From Candidatus Poribacteria bacterium (GTDB taxonomy: Bacteria; Poribacteria; WGA-4E; PCPOR2b), in the NCBI GenBank assembly GCA_965215015.1, contig OZ244042.1, forward strand, positions 4,576,001 to 4,640,000: a stretch of 64,000 nucleotides of DNA, read 5' to 3'. Every line of letters begins with the position of its first letter. The stretch's first letter is position 1. The notes under the pieces are model-generated. The model was not told the DNA's origin and searched no databases. It saw only the letters and a program-made list of their open reading frames with translations. Below, one piece after another: positions 19,606 through 29,596 of the stretch. The position numbers were made by a program, and so were the translations under genes.

Positions 19606-19772
19606 GAGGTTATCTCAGATATGAGGATCAAGCCTATTTGTCAGTGATGAGTATTCTACATATCGCTCCTCTGGAGCGAAAGGTAAGTACTTCGGTTTTA
19701 ACAGAAAACCGATGGATTTTCAATATATAGAACTTAGATGTAAGCACGATCCGTCGTACGCCAATTAACACA

Positions 19773-19841
19773 GAGGTTACGGCATGCGGAGTGTGCCCAC
19801 TAGACCTGGGTTAGTTTAATTCAACACGCCGGCCTGTGTGT
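19773..19841. repeat. 69-bp direct repeat, copy 1 (duplicated oxidoreductase 3' end plus REP)
   Basis: Matches 22810-22878 with 3 mismatches. Confidence 0.9.
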
Positions 19842-19943
19842 ATGGGAGGCGATGCCCGCGGGCGGGTTGTTCGTTCGGGCGGCGGTGTCGTGCCGGTAAT
19901 CTTCGACGCCTCTCTCGTTGGATCTTTCGGTTCTTCTTCGCAT
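19821..19943 (-). pseudogene. Truncated 5' fragment of a second mod allele
   Basis: AAGGA RBS then MRRRTERSNERGVEDYRHDTAARTNNPPAGIASH|THRPAC*. Positions 19842-19903 match mod 17803-17864 with 3 mismatches. Confidence 0.85.
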
Positions 19944-20108
19944 TGAACTATTTCCTTATAGGGTGGGAGCGTGCCCCTGAAGCGGTGTTGTATGCTAGTG
20001 GTCAGTATAAGACGCTGGCACAAAGTATCAAATTATGATACAATAATATCATTATACCATATAAACCCTTTGAAGTTAAGGAGGCAACCTAGCTCAATCG
20101 GATAAACT

Positions 20109-20972
20109 ATGGCAACGCTTCGTCCAGTAGATCGTCACACAAATACCCAACTCAATGAATATCTCGTCAAGATTGAAGAAATTCTCAAAGCAGATGCACT
20201 CACAATCTTCAGCCCGATATTGAACGGTTTAGAAAATAACGTAAGAGTTGCTGTTGAATCGTTCCAGGAGCGAAAATCTAGAATAGCGATTATCTTAGAT
20301 ACGCTCGGTGGTGTCGTCGAAGTCGTTGAACGCATCGTGTCTGTTATCCGCTATCACTATAATGAGGTTGACTTTCTTATACCTGACCGTGCCATGTCTG
20401 CTGGAACCGTTCTTGTGATGGCAGGCGACCGAATCTTCATGAGTTACTTTTCGTGTTTAGGTCCCATCGATCCCCAAATTGTAAAGGACGAAAAACTTGT
20501 GCCAACCTTGTCGTATTTAAACCAATATCAGCGGTTATCCGAAAAAGCGGAGGCTGGAGAGTTGAACACTACGGAACTAGTACTTCTCGACAAACTTGAT
20601 ATAGGCGAGCTTTACCAGTTTGAGAGGGCGCGCGATTTATCACGCGACCTCCTGACCGATTGGCTCTCTACCTATAAGTTCAAGAATTGGCGTACTCACA
20701 GTTCGACAGGAGCCCCCGTTACCGAGGATCATAAAAAACAAAGAGCAAAAGAGATTGCAGCGGTGTTGGGCAACAATGAACGTTGGCACTCTCACGGGCG
20801 CATGATTTCGAGAGATACATTGATCTCAAATCAAGACCTACGCTTGAAAATCGAGAATTTTGAGGATATTCCTAATCTCTCCCCTGTGCTTGATGACTAC
20901 ATCGGCTTGCTCCAAGATTATATTCAGAGAGGGCAGTTTTCCTCGTTTGTACACACTCGCGGATATTTTTAA
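20109..20972 (+). CDS. SDH family ClpP-fold serine proteinase
   Basis: LDTLGG, IPDRAMSAGTVL, LGPIDPQ, WHSHGRMI. Confidence 0.85.
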   Translation: MATLRPVDRHTNTQLNEYLVKIEEILKADALTIFSPILNGLENNVRVAVESFQERKSRIAIILDTLGGVVEVVERIVSVIRYHYNEVDFLIPDRAMSAGTVLVMAGDRIFMSYFSCLGPIDPQIVKDEKLVPTLSYLNQYQRLSEKAEAGELNTTELVLLDKLDIGELYQFERARDLSRDLLTDWLSTYKFKNWRTHSSTGAPVTEDHKKQRAKEIAAVLGNNERWHSHGRMISRDTLISNQDLRLKIENFEDIPNLSPVLDDYIGLLQDYIQRGQFSSFVHTRGYF

Positions 20973-20992
20973 CACAAATAAGGAGGTTCACA

Positions 20993-21301
20993 ATGAAGGG
21001 CTCGCGCCAATCCCCTATCTCCACTTCCGTAGAAACAGTCAGAGATAAGGCTTCCAAGAGAGATGTCGAGGTTTCTACACCGCACGATCGGCAGGTTCGT
21101 AGAGCTATCATCGAAAACAATCCGAAGATTGATTATCGGCGTTTAGCAGAATATGAACGCCTTATTTCCGCTTCAAAAAACGTTGTCAGTGCAAAAAAAC
21201 AGGGGGGCGATTACAACTTATCGCACCCACTATCTTCCAAAGATAAACCTACCGATGCTTATCACCGCGGAAAAAGAGTGAGCTCAGATAAGAAAATCTG
21301 A
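20993..21301 (+). CDS. Hypothetical basic protein
   Basis: 102-aa ORF with strong AAGGAGG RBS, 20 bp downstream of the protease. Confidence 0.6.
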   Translation: MKGSRQSPISTSVETVRDKASKRDVEVSTPHDRQVRRAIIENNPKIDYRRLAEYERLISASKNVVSAKKQGGDYNLSHPLSSKDKPTDAYHRGKRVSSDKKI

Positions 21302-21443
21302 TCATTGCCAAAAACCAACCAATTTCACTTCTCCCCCAAGCCTCCTCTGCAAGGGTTTCCACGCAATCAGAGGGGGCTTAGGTTGACCCACTATTGGCAC
21401 CCGTCTTGGCACCTATATCTCCCCGCCATTATTTGCTTGCTCC

Positions 21444-22760
21444 TCATTGCCCCATTTCAGCTTTGCTCTTTGTCCCCCAATCGCTTATCTCATCGCTAAA
21501 AAAATATTGTGGACAATTCGTGATGTTGCCGTACTCGTCCATGTTGAGCCGCTCAATCTCAGAAGTGCCGTCATTGATTTGGCAGAAATAGAGGGCCGTA
21601 TCAGTCGCGGAAATCTCTCCCTCAGCGATGCGCCGTTGCAGGCGTCGAAGCAGATGCTCGCTGTGAGTCTCAAGGATAATCTGGAGATTCCGATTTTTCA
21701 CTATGTCAATGAGAACATCCGCCAGATCCGCCTGCGCTTTCGGATGCAGATGTGCCTCGGGTTGTTCAAGGATGAGGATGGAGCCTTCGGGAACGGAATA
21801 GCAGAGTGCCAGCGTTGGCAGGATTTGGAAGACTCCCAAACCGATGTCTGTGAGTCGGACTTCAGGACCGTCCTTGTACTTTTTGAGACGAAATTCGTAG
21901 TCCTTTTCCCCATCAGGAACAGTGTGAAGGCGGTAGGAGTCGATCAGTTCCAGTCGCTGTAACCATTTCAGTATGTGTTCGTCAATTGAGAGCAGTTGAA
22001 TCCGCCCGGAAAGCAGGGCGGCAATTGCCTGTTCCCCGTACCGCCCGACGCCTTTCGGATGTTCACCGCCGTATGCGTAGTAGTGGCGAGGCGGTTCGCG
22101 GAGCGGGCTGAGGTAGTGGATTCGGGAAAGTAGGTTTTTGAAAGCCCGCTCAAACGACAAGAAAGGGGTATCTGGCACCTTTGCCGATCCGTCACGAATG
22201 CCGTAGCATCGAAAAGGAAATGAAGATAGCACGCCCTGAACTCGATAGTTGGGAGGGCATATCAATTTGTATTGACTGTCAGAATCCCGCACTATCCCAA
22301 AAAATTCATACCCATCGGACATATAACCGAAACCATCGACAGCAACCGAATTTGTGCCTGCAGCGACAATAGTGGTTGAAAAGGAGAGTGCACCAATTTC
22401 AAGGCGATTGGAACTTCGAGGGGTTCGGGGTCGCCCCTGTCCGGCCTGACTTTCCCCTCCAATTATCAGCTTCTCAGGTAACTTCCATGATACAGAGATG
22501 TCAAGACTCAAACCCGATTTGTGCCGGTGGCTGACCTCATTAAAGCTGAATAAGTTGACCACCGACCCCTCATCGCCAAAATCGATGGTCCCATTCCAAT
22601 CCGGCGGCCGCTCCGCGGTCTGCTTGAGCATGAGTAGCGTTTGAAAAATGCTGGTTTTGCCGGAGCTATTCGCGCCGAAGAATCCGGTCAATGGAGCAAT
22701 TTGTAACTGACCCGTATCTTCCCACGACTTGAAATTCTGTGCGCTGAGTTTGGTAATCAT
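21444..22760 (-). CDS. AAA family ATPase (DUF3696-type)
   Basis: QNFKSW, Walker A GANSSGKTS, YLSPLR, ILEQPEAHLHP, ETHSEHLL, MDEYGNI. Confidence 0.88.
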   Translation of the reverse strand: MITKLSAQNFKSWEDTGQLQIAPLTGFFGANSSGKTSIFQTLLMLKQTAERPPDWNGTIDFGDEGSVVNLFSFNEVSHRHKSGLSLDISVSWKLPEKLIIGGESQAGQGRPRTPRSSNRLEIGALSFSTTIVAAGTNSVAVDGFGYMSDGYEFFGIVRDSDSQYKLICPPNYRVQGVLSSFPFRCYGIRDGSAKVPDTPFLSFERAFKNLLSRIHYLSPLREPPRHYYAYGGEHPKGVGRYGEQAIAALLSGRIQLLSIDEHILKWLQRLELIDSYRLHTVPDGEKDYEFRLKKYKDGPEVRLTDIGLGVFQILPTLALCYSVPEGSILILEQPEAHLHPKAQADLADVLIDIVKNRNLQIILETHSEHLLRRLQRRIAEGEISATDTALYFCQINDGTSEIERLNMDEYGNITNCPQYFFSDEISDWGTKSKAEMGQ

Positions 22761-22809
22761 AGCTTACACCTCGCTTTCTGTCTTTTTTGCACATTAGGTT
22801 CATAAAACG

Positions 22810-22878
22810 GAGGTTACGGCATACGGAGTGTGCCCATTAGGCCTGGGTTAGTTTAATTCAACACGCCGGCCTGTGTGT
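22810..22878. repeat. 69-bp direct repeat, copy 2
   Basis: Overlaps the stop of the 22848-23840 gene; matches 19773-19841. Confidence 0.9.
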
Positions 22879-23840
22879 GCGGATTCATGTAGCCCATCAA
22901 TCACGCGCATGTTCCATAGGGCGTCCGTCGTTGGCAGGAGCGGCGGCTTCCCGGTGGATATAGCTTCGCATAGACTCAAGAGCTCGGCGGCATACGGATT
23001 CACCCCTTCGACCGTCACCGTTTCGGCTTGACCGTTTCGTATTAACGTAAAACGACACTCACCTTCGCTGTTTCCCCATGCCTTAGGCGCGATAATTGTC
23101 CCTTCTGTGCCAGCCACCTCATAGGACTCGCGCCATGTCCAGCCAAAACTGCAATCGAACTGTCCGGTAACACCCTCGCCGAAATCGAGCGTTCCAATCA
23201 GGGTGTCCCACACATCGCTGATCGGTTCAAATTTTCCGGTCGCCCAGACGGATTGAGGTTCTGTCCCGACCATATAACGGATGACGTTGATGCAGTAGCA
23301 GCCCAAATCCATTACTGCGCCACCCCCCTGATCGCCGCGCAGCCGCCAGTTTGTTCGATCCGTCAGTCCCGTCGAAAACGTGGAGCCGGCAAAACGAACA
23401 TCGCCGATTGCGCCATCGAGGATATGCTGCTTCACAGAAAGTGTGAGAGGATGGTGGCGATACATAAATCCTTCCATCAACAACACATCAGCGGCCGATG
23501 TCACTTGAATCATCTGTTCAAGCTGCGTCGCATTGATAGCAATCGGCTTTTCGCAGAGAATTGCCTTCACCCCACCACGGACTCCCTCTAAGATATGTTT
23601 CAGGTGGAGTGTGGGCCATGTTGCGACTATCAATACGTCTGGCTTCTGCTGCTTAAGCATCTGTCTTAAATCGTTGTACGTGTTTTTAACGTTGAACTGC
23701 TCTGCGAAATTTTTGACCGCTTCAAATTTGACATCGCAGGCACCGACGAAGTCAACCTCCGGGAGGTTTTGCGAAGCCCTTCCGTGCTGGCTGGAAATCC
23801 CGCCGCAACCGACGATGGCAACTTTATACTTTTCGCTCAT
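22848..23840 (-). CDS. Gfo/Idh/MocA family oxidoreductase
   Basis: VGCGGIS, LCEKPI, EGFMYRHHP, GGGAVMDLGCY. Confidence 0.92.
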   Translation of the reverse strand: MSEKYKVAIVGCGGISSQHGRASQNLPEVDFVGACDVKFEAVKNFAEQFNVKNTYNDLRQMLKQQKPDVLIVATWPTLHLKHILEGVRGGVKAILCEKPIAINATQLEQMIQVTSAADVLLMEGFMYRHHPLTLSVKQHILDGAIGDVRFAGSTFSTGLTDRTNWRLRGDQGGGAVMDLGCYCINVIRYMVGTEPQSVWATGKFEPISDVWDTLIGTLDFGEGVTGQFDCSFGWTWRESYEVAGTEGTIIAPKAWGNSEGECRFTLIRNGQAETVTVEGVNPYAAELLSLCEAISTGKPPLLPTTDALWNMRVIDGLHESAHTGRRVELN

Positions 23841-23873
23841 GGTTTCTCCTTATCAACAGATCGGGTACCCACT

Positions 23874-24851
23874 TCATCCTATACTGGATATCGACACAGG
23901 TTCTCCTGTCTCGCCTGACTGAATCGCCGCCAGTGAAATCGCTAAACTCTTAACGGCATCGCTGTAGGAACTGAGAATCTTAGACGCCTCCCCCCTGCGG
24001 ATAGCATCGACAAATACCTCGTCAATCCCTGGGCCCGGTGCCGTTTTGGTAACGACTTTTCCACCTTCCCTCACATCCAAACCACCGACACCCCAGTGGA
24101 TGAGTTGATTCTCATACAAGATATCTAGCACATTTGCATGTGCCCAATCCCCCGGGTCGTAGGACCAAGAGGTGGTCAACGATCCAACCGCACCGTTGGT
24201 GAACTTCATTGTCACACAGTCGTTGTCCGGGCAATCAATCGCTTTCAAGACGCGGTTCGCACTGATTGCGTAGACCTCGGCCACCTCACCGACAAGATAA
24301 CGCATCATATCAATAGTGTGGGTTGCTTGTTCTAACATCTGTCCACCGGATTTGCTCATCTGACGATGCCAAGTGTTGGGATCACCGCGACCAGTTCCAG
24401 ACCAATATTTGCCGATAACCATATTAACCGTTTTCTCACTGAGCATCTGACGCGCCAGTTGCGTTGGCCCCAGATAGCGGAGTTGGTAGCCAACGCAGGT
24501 GATAATACCGGCGGCGTTCACCGCCGCTTCAATTTGCCGGGCGATCTCCATGTTGACCGCTACCGGCTTTTCAACAAGAAACGGCAATCCACGCTCGACC
24601 ACGTCCAACTCCGGCGTTCCGTGTGCAAACACTGGAAGACTGAGGTATATGCCATCAAGGTCGTCGCGCTCGAGCATGAGGTTGTGATTGATGTAAGGTT
24701 GGGCATCATAACGTTCGGCTGCATTTCGTGCGCGTTCTTCCTGAACATCGCAGGTCCCAACGATACGGACACCTTCCAGATCAGACAACCGTTGCATGTG
24801 TCCATTCGCGTTGCCGCCACAACCGATAAAACCGATTCTAACTTCTTGCAT
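23874..24851 (-). CDS. Gfo/Idh/MocA family oxidoreductase
   Basis: IGCGGNA, VEKPVA, VGYQLRY, SGGQMLEQATHTID. Confidence 0.92.
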   Translation of the reverse strand: MQEVRIGFIGCGGNANGHMQRLSDLEGVRIVGTCDVQEERARNAAERYDAQPYINHNLMLERDDLDGIYLSLPVFAHGTPELDVVERGLPFLVEKPVAVNMEIARQIEAAVNAAGIITCVGYQLRYLGPTQLARQMLSEKTVNMVIGKYWSGTGRGDPNTWHRQMSKSGGQMLEQATHTIDMMRYLVGEVAEVYAISANRVLKAIDCPDNDCVTMKFTNGAVGSLTTSWSYDPGDWAHANVLDILYENQLIHWGVGGLDVREGGKVVTKTAPGPGIDEVFVDAIRRGEASKILSSYSDAVKSLAISLAAIQSGETGEPVSISSIG

Positions 24852-25189
24852 TGCTTCCCTCTTCTAATCCGTGATTGATTTTCTCCTCAAATTGTAGCAA
24901 ATCAGCGCGCATCCGTCAATCCCTTTATCCTAAGCACAAGCTGTGATTCTTCCGTCGGTCGCACACTGCCATAAGAGGGTCAATTTTAATCATTCATACT
25001 TAGACGTTTCGCCACAATTCTCGTCATAGAAATAACGCACTGAATTGGGTTCCACTAAACCTATTTTTAAGCAGGTGTTGTTGAAAGCGGGAGCCTCTAT
25101 TGCGGTTGATAGGGATTGGCTTTTAACCGTTCAACCTACAGGGCTGTTTAAAGTTCACTTTGTAGATTGCTATTCGCGTCAAAAGAGGG

Positions 25190-25218
25190 TTGACAGGAAA
25201 CAATCCGAGGGGTAATAT
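25190..25218 (+). promoter_or_regulatory. Sigma70-type promoter
   Basis: TTGACA-17bp-TAATAT upstream of the TPR protease. Confidence 0.6.
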
Positions 25219-25342
25219 TGGGTTTCAGCTGATTGTATTAGGAAAAAAGGACGCAAGCAGGTGAGACAAAAAAAAGAAGATAGAAAGACCGAAATTCAAT
25301 CTTTATCGAAAGGAATTAGAGATTTCTAGGTACTCGAAGAAC

Positions 25343-27037
25343 GTGCAAGACATCGGTGGATTGTTCCGATTTTTCGGCGGCATCGGTCTGTTGTTGTGTT
25401 ATCTAGCGGTAGAAAGTGTTTGTGCGGATGACTATTTCGACAGGATAACGGTCGCCTCCAATGGGCGTTTGACGCGGTTTGCTCACAACCGGATTATGGT
25501 CTATGCGGATACCATCCCATTTGAAGCGAAGGGTTACCAGGAAGCATTGGGCAAATCGCTATCGATCTGGGAGAAGGCGATCCAAGGGAAGCTGCGATTT
25601 CAATTCACCCCGGACGCTGCTGCCGCAGATATTCGGATTAAGTGGGCATATCAGCAGGATCGGCAACGTAACAACGAATACATCGGCGAGGCAATGTTAG
25701 TTCGAGACACGGAGGGATTTCATGTGGAAATTGAGGTTTCTCTGCGGGACAGAACGTCGCTGAAGCCCCACCCACCTGAGATGGTCCAAGCTGCCTTGCT
25801 CCATGAAATTGGACACGCCATTGGGCTATGGGGGCACAGCGATAATCCAAACGATGTGATGTATTTCGCCTCAACAGCGAAAGCACCAACAGCGCAAGAT
25901 ATTGCAACATGGACAAAGGTGAATGAAACGCCGGTAGATGCTCCCTTTCACGAACATGCCCTCCGAGCCCTACAGGCTAAAATTGAAGAAAATTCAACGC
26001 TGGCCAGCAATCACTACCTAATCGGCATGGTTTACGCGGACCTAGGCGATTATCACCTGGCAATTAGCTCCTTCCAACGAGCCCTCAAGATCGAGCCGCA
26101 GCTCGGCGTTTCATCGGTGCAGATTGCCCAGATTTTCCAGCAGAAGGGAATATACGACCAAGCAATCAAACACTACACGCAGGCGTTGGAAACATCACCC
26201 TCAGCCGAAGTGTTTGGCGCGTTAGGAACGCTTTGGCTGCTTCAGGATGAGTTCGATCAGGCGGTGAACTCCCTTCAACGCGCGCTTGCTTTCGATCCAA
26301 ATTCCGCAACCCTAAACCAGAATCTCCTAGCAGCATACCATCGTTGGGGAGTCCACTACCTGAAAACGGACCAGCTTTCAGAGGCGTTCAAATGTTTTGA
26401 GCGTGGCTTGAAGCGATTCCCATTTTCTGAAATCCTGCTTTCAGATCGTGCTGCGACCCACACCTCCGCAGGGGAATACGAAAAAGCCTTGGACATCTAT
26501 CAGCGGGTGCTCCAGATTAACCCTGAATATACCGAGGCAAAGATTGGGATGGGAACCACATTAAACAATTGGGGATCACAATACGCACGCAACAAAGACT
26601 GGGAACAGGCACTCGCATGTTATCAGCGGGCACTGGAACACGATCCGGGCTGCCAATCAGCACTTCAGAACTTGGGCGAGACACTGATGCGCATCGGTTG
26701 GGAACAGGGGACAAACGGAGATGTAGAGGGAGCAATCAGTACTTACCAAAAACTGATAACAGTTGCCCCCAATAATGCGGAGGCGCACAATAATTTGGGC
26801 GTCATCCATTTCAAAAAACGGGAGTACAGCAGCGCAAAAGCCTACTTTGAAACGGCACTTGCCCTGGACTCAAACTATGATGAAGCACAGACGAATTTGA
26901 ATTATGTGAGGCGAGAACAGGTTTATGACCTGCTGAAGCAGCGGATTATACCGGTGACGATTGTTTTATTGGTGGGACTTATTGTTGCGAGGTGGATTGG
27001 TAGGCGGCGGAAAACGACGAGTTCGCATCAGTCGTAG
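25343..27037 (+). CDS. Matrixin-like zinc metalloprotease with TPR repeats and C-terminal membrane anchor
   Basis: Signal-like N-terminus, HEIGHAIGLWGHS, DVMY Met-turn, many TPR units, TM helix followed by RRRK. Confidence 0.85.
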   Translation: MQDIGGLFRFFGGIGLLLCYLAVESVCADDYFDRITVASNGRLTRFAHNRIMVYADTIPFEAKGYQEALGKSLSIWEKAIQGKLRFQFTPDAAAADIRIKWAYQQDRQRNNEYIGEAMLVRDTEGFHVEIEVSLRDRTSLKPHPPEMVQAALLHEIGHAIGLWGHSDNPNDVMYFASTAKAPTAQDIATWTKVNETPVDAPFHEHALRALQAKIEENSTLASNHYLIGMVYADLGDYHLAISSFQRALKIEPQLGVSSVQIAQIFQQKGIYDQAIKHYTQALETSPSAEVFGALGTLWLLQDEFDQAVNSLQRALAFDPNSATLNQNLLAAYHRWGVHYLKTDQLSEAFKCFERGLKRFPFSEILLSDRAATHTSAGEYEKALDIYQRVLQINPEYTEAKIGMGTTLNNWGSQYARNKDWEQALACYQRALEHDPGCQSALQNLGETLMRIGWEQGTNGDVEGAISTYQKLITVAPNNAEAHNNLGVIHFKKREYSSAKAYFETALALDSNYDEAQTNLNYVRREQVYDLLKQRIIPVTIVLLVGLIVARWIGRRRKTTSSHQS

Positions 27038-27076
27038 GACAGCAGGGCAAATCTTATGCTCCCTTTCTTTGAGGGG

Positions 27077-29101
27077 CTAATTTACATTTGTGATCAGCAG
27101 CGGTTCCATTCCTAGCTCTACTACCTGGTTGATAAGCCCTGCGGCCTCCTCCCGGTTGTAAAACCCGCCGATTGTTACACGATACCACAACCTCGATCGA
27201 ATCATCACTTCAGTGAGGTAAGTTTTCGCGCCCAACTCCAACATGTCTAATGACTCAATAAGCGACTCGGCATTCCTGCGATTTTGGAATGAGCCGACCA
27301 ATAGGGTGTATTTTGGCGGTGTGCCGGTGGCATCGGCTGCTTCCTGCTTTTCCTCACTTGGTGTTGTGCCAACCTCCCTTTGCCCGTGGTCTATATCCGC
27401 TCCATCAATCCTGATGATTGAAAACGATGCTTCACCGGTGCTGCGATTGCCAGCGATATCATGAACCGTCAGCACACAGCGGTATGCTGCGTTTGGGGTG
27501 TCATCCGATTGTTTCCAATTATTCCAGACAACGGTGTCGGACGGTTCACCCTCTTCATCAATACGATGAACCAGTTTTTGATCTCCATCGAAAAACTGCA
27601 GCTCCCACCGGGCAAGCGGATTCAGATCTGACGCTTGAAGATGCACCTTTGGCATTTGGAGAACCGTCTCCCTGTCGGTATCCGCGGTGTTGGAAGATGC
27701 AAAAACAGGAGGCTCCGCAGATATCTCAATCGAGGCGGGAGTTGTATCAACAGTAATTCTCTCTTCACTCTGCAATTGACGGTTGTTCGCCCCATCGACG
27801 GTGAACAACCGTGTGATATATACTCCATCGTTCACCCGGGAGCCTGCATCATCCTCTCCTTCCCAGGTTATCTTCGTCGATGGCAAACCGGTGCCAGAGT
27901 AACGTTGGAGAATCTGGCTTGATTCGCTTTGACCGGTCCGCTTCTGAATCTCTAGTTCCCACGTTTGGGTCTCGGCAATCTCAAGGTCCAAAACGGTCTG
28001 ATCCTTCACGTTGTCACCGTTGGGAGAGATTGCTTTTTCTGAAACATGCAGCACAGTGGGAATCAGTTGGGGCATGACAATCGGTGCCGGCCGAGTTGGT
28101 GCAGAGGGTGGCGCTTTAGTAATTGGCGGTTGCAACACCGTTGGCAAAGCAGTATTGTTTTCTCCCCAGCGTAGGGTAGCAGAGATCCAGTGCATCGCTC
28201 CATCCAATTCATTACCTCTTACATAGGCGTAATCTAGCTGGCCGGAGAGGCTCTGAATACTTAAACCTGTTGACCATTCACCCTTTGTGAGTCGATTGGG
28301 AACTGCTGTGTATCCGAGCCGCAGCCCCAATCCTTTCTTGAATAGCCAGCGTTCGACACCTAGATGGGTGCGTAGTCGTTCTATAAAGGCAATACGTGTG
28401 TCGTTGTGCAGGACAAAATCCCCAGATAAGGTTGTATTCCGATTGAAAGAGTGAGCTGCTCCAAGTCGTGTTACAGTGGGTATTCTCGCGATGGTTTGGG
28501 CGTTCTCCCAGATATGTCCAGCGAGGTCTTCAAGAGCCAATCCGATCGTGATTTTTTCTCCAGGACGTTCCAGCTCACGAACAAAGCGAAGCCCGAGGTC
28601 GAAGCTCCAAGCGTACCGAGGCGTAACGGAACCTCTGTGACGGTAGTGCCGAAGGTTTGTACCGGCAGCGATGCCTTTCCCCAAGGAAGCCCCATATCCC
28701 ACAAGCACCATTCGATTCTTTTCGACATCATTCCCCCAGCCATCAAACCAAGAGGAGAGTGAGAAATTCCCTACATTCGTTGAAGCGATTCCCAGCTGCT
28801 GCGGATTTAACCCCAGCGAAAACGCCCCTTCTCGATCATCGGCTGATGTGGGGAAAGGGAGTCCAACGAGCGAAAATTCTGTTGCCTCCAACAATCCGAG
28901 CGATGAGGGATTCCAGAATGGACTGTCACTTGATGCGGGCCCCGCTGTGAACGCACCTCCCATCCCTATGGCGCGGGCACTTGTCCCGACGAAGACCTGT
29001 CGATTCTTGATGCCCGATTCTGCCCCGGCAAGCGATAAACTGAAAAGGATAAGAGCAAGTGTACTCAACACCGTGCTAATGAGATTTCTCTGGATTTTCA
29101 T
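27077..29101 (-). CDS. PorV/FadL-like barrel + FlgD-Ig-like + SPOR domain protein
   Basis: Signal peptide, SARAIGMGGAFTA...FWNPSSL, ISPNGDNVKD / WEGED..G..VNDGVY, C-terminal YTLLVGSF...WYRVTIGGF. Confidence 0.7.
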   Translation of the reverse strand: MKIQRNLISTVLSTLALILFSLSLAGAESGIKNRQVFVGTSARAIGMGGAFTAGPASSDSPFWNPSSLGLLEATEFSLVGLPFPTSADDREGAFSLGLNPQQLGIASTNVGNFSLSSWFDGWGNDVEKNRMVLVGYGASLGKGIAAGTNLRHYRHRGSVTPRYAWSFDLGLRFVRELERPGEKITIGLALEDLAGHIWENAQTIARIPTVTRLGAAHSFNRNTTLSGDFVLHNDTRIAFIERLRTHLGVERWLFKKGLGLRLGYTAVPNRLTKGEWSTGLSIQSLSGQLDYAYVRGNELDGAMHWISATLRWGENNTALPTVLQPPITKAPPSAPTRPAPIVMPQLIPTVLHVSEKAISPNGDNVKDQTVLDLEIAETQTWELEIQKRTGQSESSQILQRYSGTGLPSTKITWEGEDDAGSRVNDGVYITRLFTVDGANNRQLQSEERITVDTTPASIEISAEPPVFASSNTADTDRETVLQMPKVHLQASDLNPLARWELQFFDGDQKLVHRIDEEGEPSDTVVWNNWKQSDDTPNAAYRCVLTVHDIAGNRSTGEASFSIIRIDGADIDHGQREVGTTPSEEKQEAADATGTPPKYTLLVGSFQNRRNAESLIESLDMLELGAKTYLTEVMIRSRLWYRVTIGGFYNREEAAGLINQVVELGMEPLLITNVN

Positions 29102-29173
29102 GCCATGGCACTCCATTTGTTTAACGTTCTGATAACCGGTTGCCTGTCAACTGTATTTTTATCTATCGGCTAT

Positions 29174-29325
29174 GGCTCATGTTAAGAAATCGTGCAACAG
29201 AACCCGAGTTTTTTCGGAAAAACTCGAGGTCAAATACCAATCGTGTTGTACTATAGTGTTTGGTGAATTGAGCCAAGACTATTGAGCTCTGTTCTGGTTA
29301 TCTTTGCCTTGCACTTTCTTTTTTT
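29174..29325. mobile_element. MITE-like element, copy 2 (right end degenerate)
   Basis: GGCTCATGTTAAGAAATCGTGCAACAGAA...CAAATACCAATCGTGTTG...AATTGAGCCAAGAC shared with 8444-8598. Confidence 0.65.
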
Positions 29326-29483
29326 AGGAGTCTCGGCTATAATTACAATTTCATAAAACGCCTATTTCTCAACAATCGATACAGAAAACAGTATGTCGGC
29401 AGACATCAAATTCCAAATTGATGAGCGGTTTGCTTCCATGTTGCATCGTTACTGTTGGATAGAATAGGTTCCGTTCCTGCCAT

Positions 29484-29536
29484 AAAAAAAACGAGGGGCT
29501 GCCGAGTGTATTATACTTAGCAAGCCCCTCGCTTTT
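29484..29536 (-). terminator. Intrinsic terminator of the symporter gene
   Basis: CGAGGGGCT...AGCCCCTCG stem with an A8 run on the plus strand. Confidence 0.6.
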
Positions 29537-29596
29537 GAGGTGGGGTTCATCAATTGTCGCGATTTAAACCATGTCCGTTCAATCCGCTGGTGACTA

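Noticed and set aside
19811-20023. 70-aa ORF ending HTGRRVELN
   Set aside because: Artefact of the chimeric junction; the tail is the duplicated oxidoreductase end.
19773-22878. Classical integrase-driven element with attL/attR
   Set aside because: No integrase or transposase between or beside the repeats; kept only as a recombination scar.
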